This document shows positions 62,055 to 64,000 of a stretch of 64,000 nucleotides of DNA, piece by piece. Numbering within the stretch: position 1 is the stretch's first letter; every line of letters begins with the position of its first letter. The stretch comes from Phoronis australis. Taxonomy: Eukaryota; Animalia; Phoronida. The stretch covers positions 278,330 to 342,329 of the forward strand of contig NMRA01000437.1 in NCBI GenBank assembly GCA_002633005.1, in the 5' to 3' direction. The notes under the pieces are model-generated. The model did no database searches, was not told where the DNA came from, and was given only the letters and a program-made list of their open reading frames with translations. Made by a program: the position numbers and the translations under genes.

Positions 62055-62330
62055 TCAATTCTAGTTGTTTTCTCTCTTATGGATTTGGATCAATAATATG
62101 TGAGTTCTCATCAACCCCAGTGTGCAGTCATCTGTGCACAGTCCATTGCCATGTTGTTTGGCTCTGTTCACCACTAGACCCTGAGATTTAATTTTCAACC
62201 TCAGATTCAAGACTTTTCTTCCCAACACTGTTCTCATTGGACAAGATCTGGACTCCGCACTCGCTAAAAACTAAAAAAATGAGAGTGATATCAGATACTC
62301 TTGATACAATGTCTCATGTATAGAAAAAAA

Positions 62331-62336
62331 TTTATT
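62331..62336 (-). terminator. Candidate polyadenylation signal of the minus-strand Pro-rich gene
   Basis: tttatt on the + strand, 220 bp beyond its stop codon. Confidence 0.45.
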
Positions 62337-62555
62337 GAAATCCGTTGCAGTGCAACAATGTTTTAACTACAGATAAAGTCATTGCTTTCATACAATGCAA
62401 CAAAGTTGTAAACATACATGAAAACTAATGTACAAGGTACGGAAATTCCACAATGTTTTTATGACAGAATAAATAAAACAAATGCCAACAGCAAAGTTGC
62501 TGATGCACATAAATGTTCAATGTATCAAGTGTGTTTTCCCACTGAGAAACAACCA

Positions 62556-63693
62556 TTACACAACCATCGGAGTTCCTGGTGTGGGGCTTGCCATTGGGTG
62601 TGGAGGACTTGCGGCTGGTCCAGGACTGCCAGCTGGAACTGGGCTTGCTGGCTGTGGTGGGGTGGCCACTGGGACATTGAGTTCATTTACTACAGGAACA
62701 CCATTGGGTGTGTTCCTTGCACACACTGGACTGGCAGATTTCCTTGATGGAAGTCGCTCCAGTGGTGGCCCTTGCATTGGTGCTGGTGATGGTGTTTTTA
62801 TAGATGGCGGTCTTTCAGTGTTGGGCACAGGAGCTTCGGCACCAGATCTGTGTGAGACGCCGACAGGGGGTGCTGGGGGTAGCTGAAAGCAAATAGAGAT
62901 TATTTTTAGACAAGAGAATAAATTGTGCAAATGATATTCAGTTGTGGGTATCCAAGCATTATAGCGTCTTTCGGTCAAATTTGAGGAACATTAAAACATA
63001 TAACACCATTTGAAATTTCCATTTCCCTACTTTCTCAGCGAGTCGGTTTTAGTTTTTCTGAAAGCCCACTGCATATGTTGGATAAACTGAAGAATAACGT
63101 AACATGTAATTTGATTAATTTTTACCTCCTATCTTGACCCGTGTGTGTATTTAGGCCCATGTTGTTTGAAATGGTGTTTTTGGAAAAAAATGTTTGCTCA
63201 TTAAGTGTTTTTAGGCATAGTAGTGATTTTACCAAGAGACTCGTTCTTGGAGGGGCTCTTTTGAAAATCTGCAAAATACTCCTTGTACAGGCTGGTATCT
63301 GAAACTGATTACTTTGTGTTTTTATTTAAATATACTTTGTCTAAGTATGGTTTAAGTAGCAAATTATATAATTTGAATAACTCCATCTCCACATGCAATA
63401 AAACTGATAGTGACTTCACACTGCAAAAAACCTTCAACTTGTCAATTTGTTAACCGAGTTTTGAAGTACTAATGACAGCAAACAATAGACCACTAAACAC
63501 CATCTAAACTTCAATTACAGTCACAAAGCACGAATTTCATCACTTACATCATGGGATGGCATAGGAACTTCGGGTGTCCTGATTTTGGGATCCTTCATTT
63601 TTCCACTAATAAAGTAGTCCGCCTCTTCTTTCTGTGCCCTCAGCTGTGCTTGAGCATCCAGGCTTCTTGCTGTTGGGTTGGTAACTTTGTTGC
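62556..63693 (-). CDS. Unidentified protein, last two coding exons (Pro/Ser-rich disordered C-terminus), 5'-partial
   Basis: Exon 63693-63548 (acceptor tttacag, donor GTAAGT, NKVTNPTARSLDAQAQLRAQKEEADYFISGKMKDPKIRTPEVPMPSHD) joins in phase 0 to exon 62882-62556 (LPPAPPVG...ASPTPGTPMVV*). Confidence 0.7.
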
Positions 63694-64000
63694 CTGTAAA
63701 TTTCGATATGTCAAGAAAATATTGGTTCACGCCAATGTTGTAACATCAGAGAGGTGGATACCAAAAGTTGTTTTTCCTGAAAAAACTATGACAGATACAT
63801 TGCTGTTTGCTTGAGTGTAGTGAGCCGTAGTCGGATATAATGTGCCCACTTTTTGAAAACAAGTTTGATGGATGTACATTATTCAGTGGAGAAAACTGCA
63901 TGGTTTTCAAAATGCGGGCAATGAGGTGACTACTACCCACCTATTGAGAGACATTCTTTTGCTATATGTTCAGTGGGTCATCCCCTTATGGCTATTGACT

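Noticed and set aside
62418-62886. Plus-strand Gly-rich ORFs
   Set aside because: These are antisense shadows of the Pro-rich minus-strand terminal exon.

Overview
This is intron-rich, AT-rich animal genomic DNA. It looks like a marine invertebrate deuterostome (hemichordate/echinoderm-type gene structures), but the species cannot be determined from the sequence. I spliced the exons by hand using splice sites and reading-frame phase. In order: (1) the 3' part of a mucin-like gene with Ly6/three-finger, TSP1-like, Thr-rich and second Ly6 domains (<1-5163, +), spanning an 820-N gap; (2) a single-exon orphan ORF for a His-tract, Gln/Trp/Pro-rich protein with QWPQQ repeats (7748-8623, +); (3) a two-exon, multiply disabled SLC34 Na/Pi cotransporter pseudogene fragment (12829-14395, -); (4) complete KAT7/HBO1 (18381-32576, +, 11 coding exons); (5) complete HSPA13/STCH (47331-37569, -, 7 coding exons, one GC-AG intron); (6) complete SMG9 (47741-61761, +, 12 coding exons), head-to-head with HSPA13; (7) the last two exons of an unidentified Pro-rich gene (-, ending 62556). 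Introns and intergenic DNA carry LINE remnants, MITEs, foldback elements and minisatellites. No prokaryotic systems, CRISPR arrays, rRNA or tRNA genes were seen. The best leads are the QWP-repeat orphan, possible amidated peptides within the mucin precursor, and a palindromic element family with copies in intron 1 of all three housekeeping genes.
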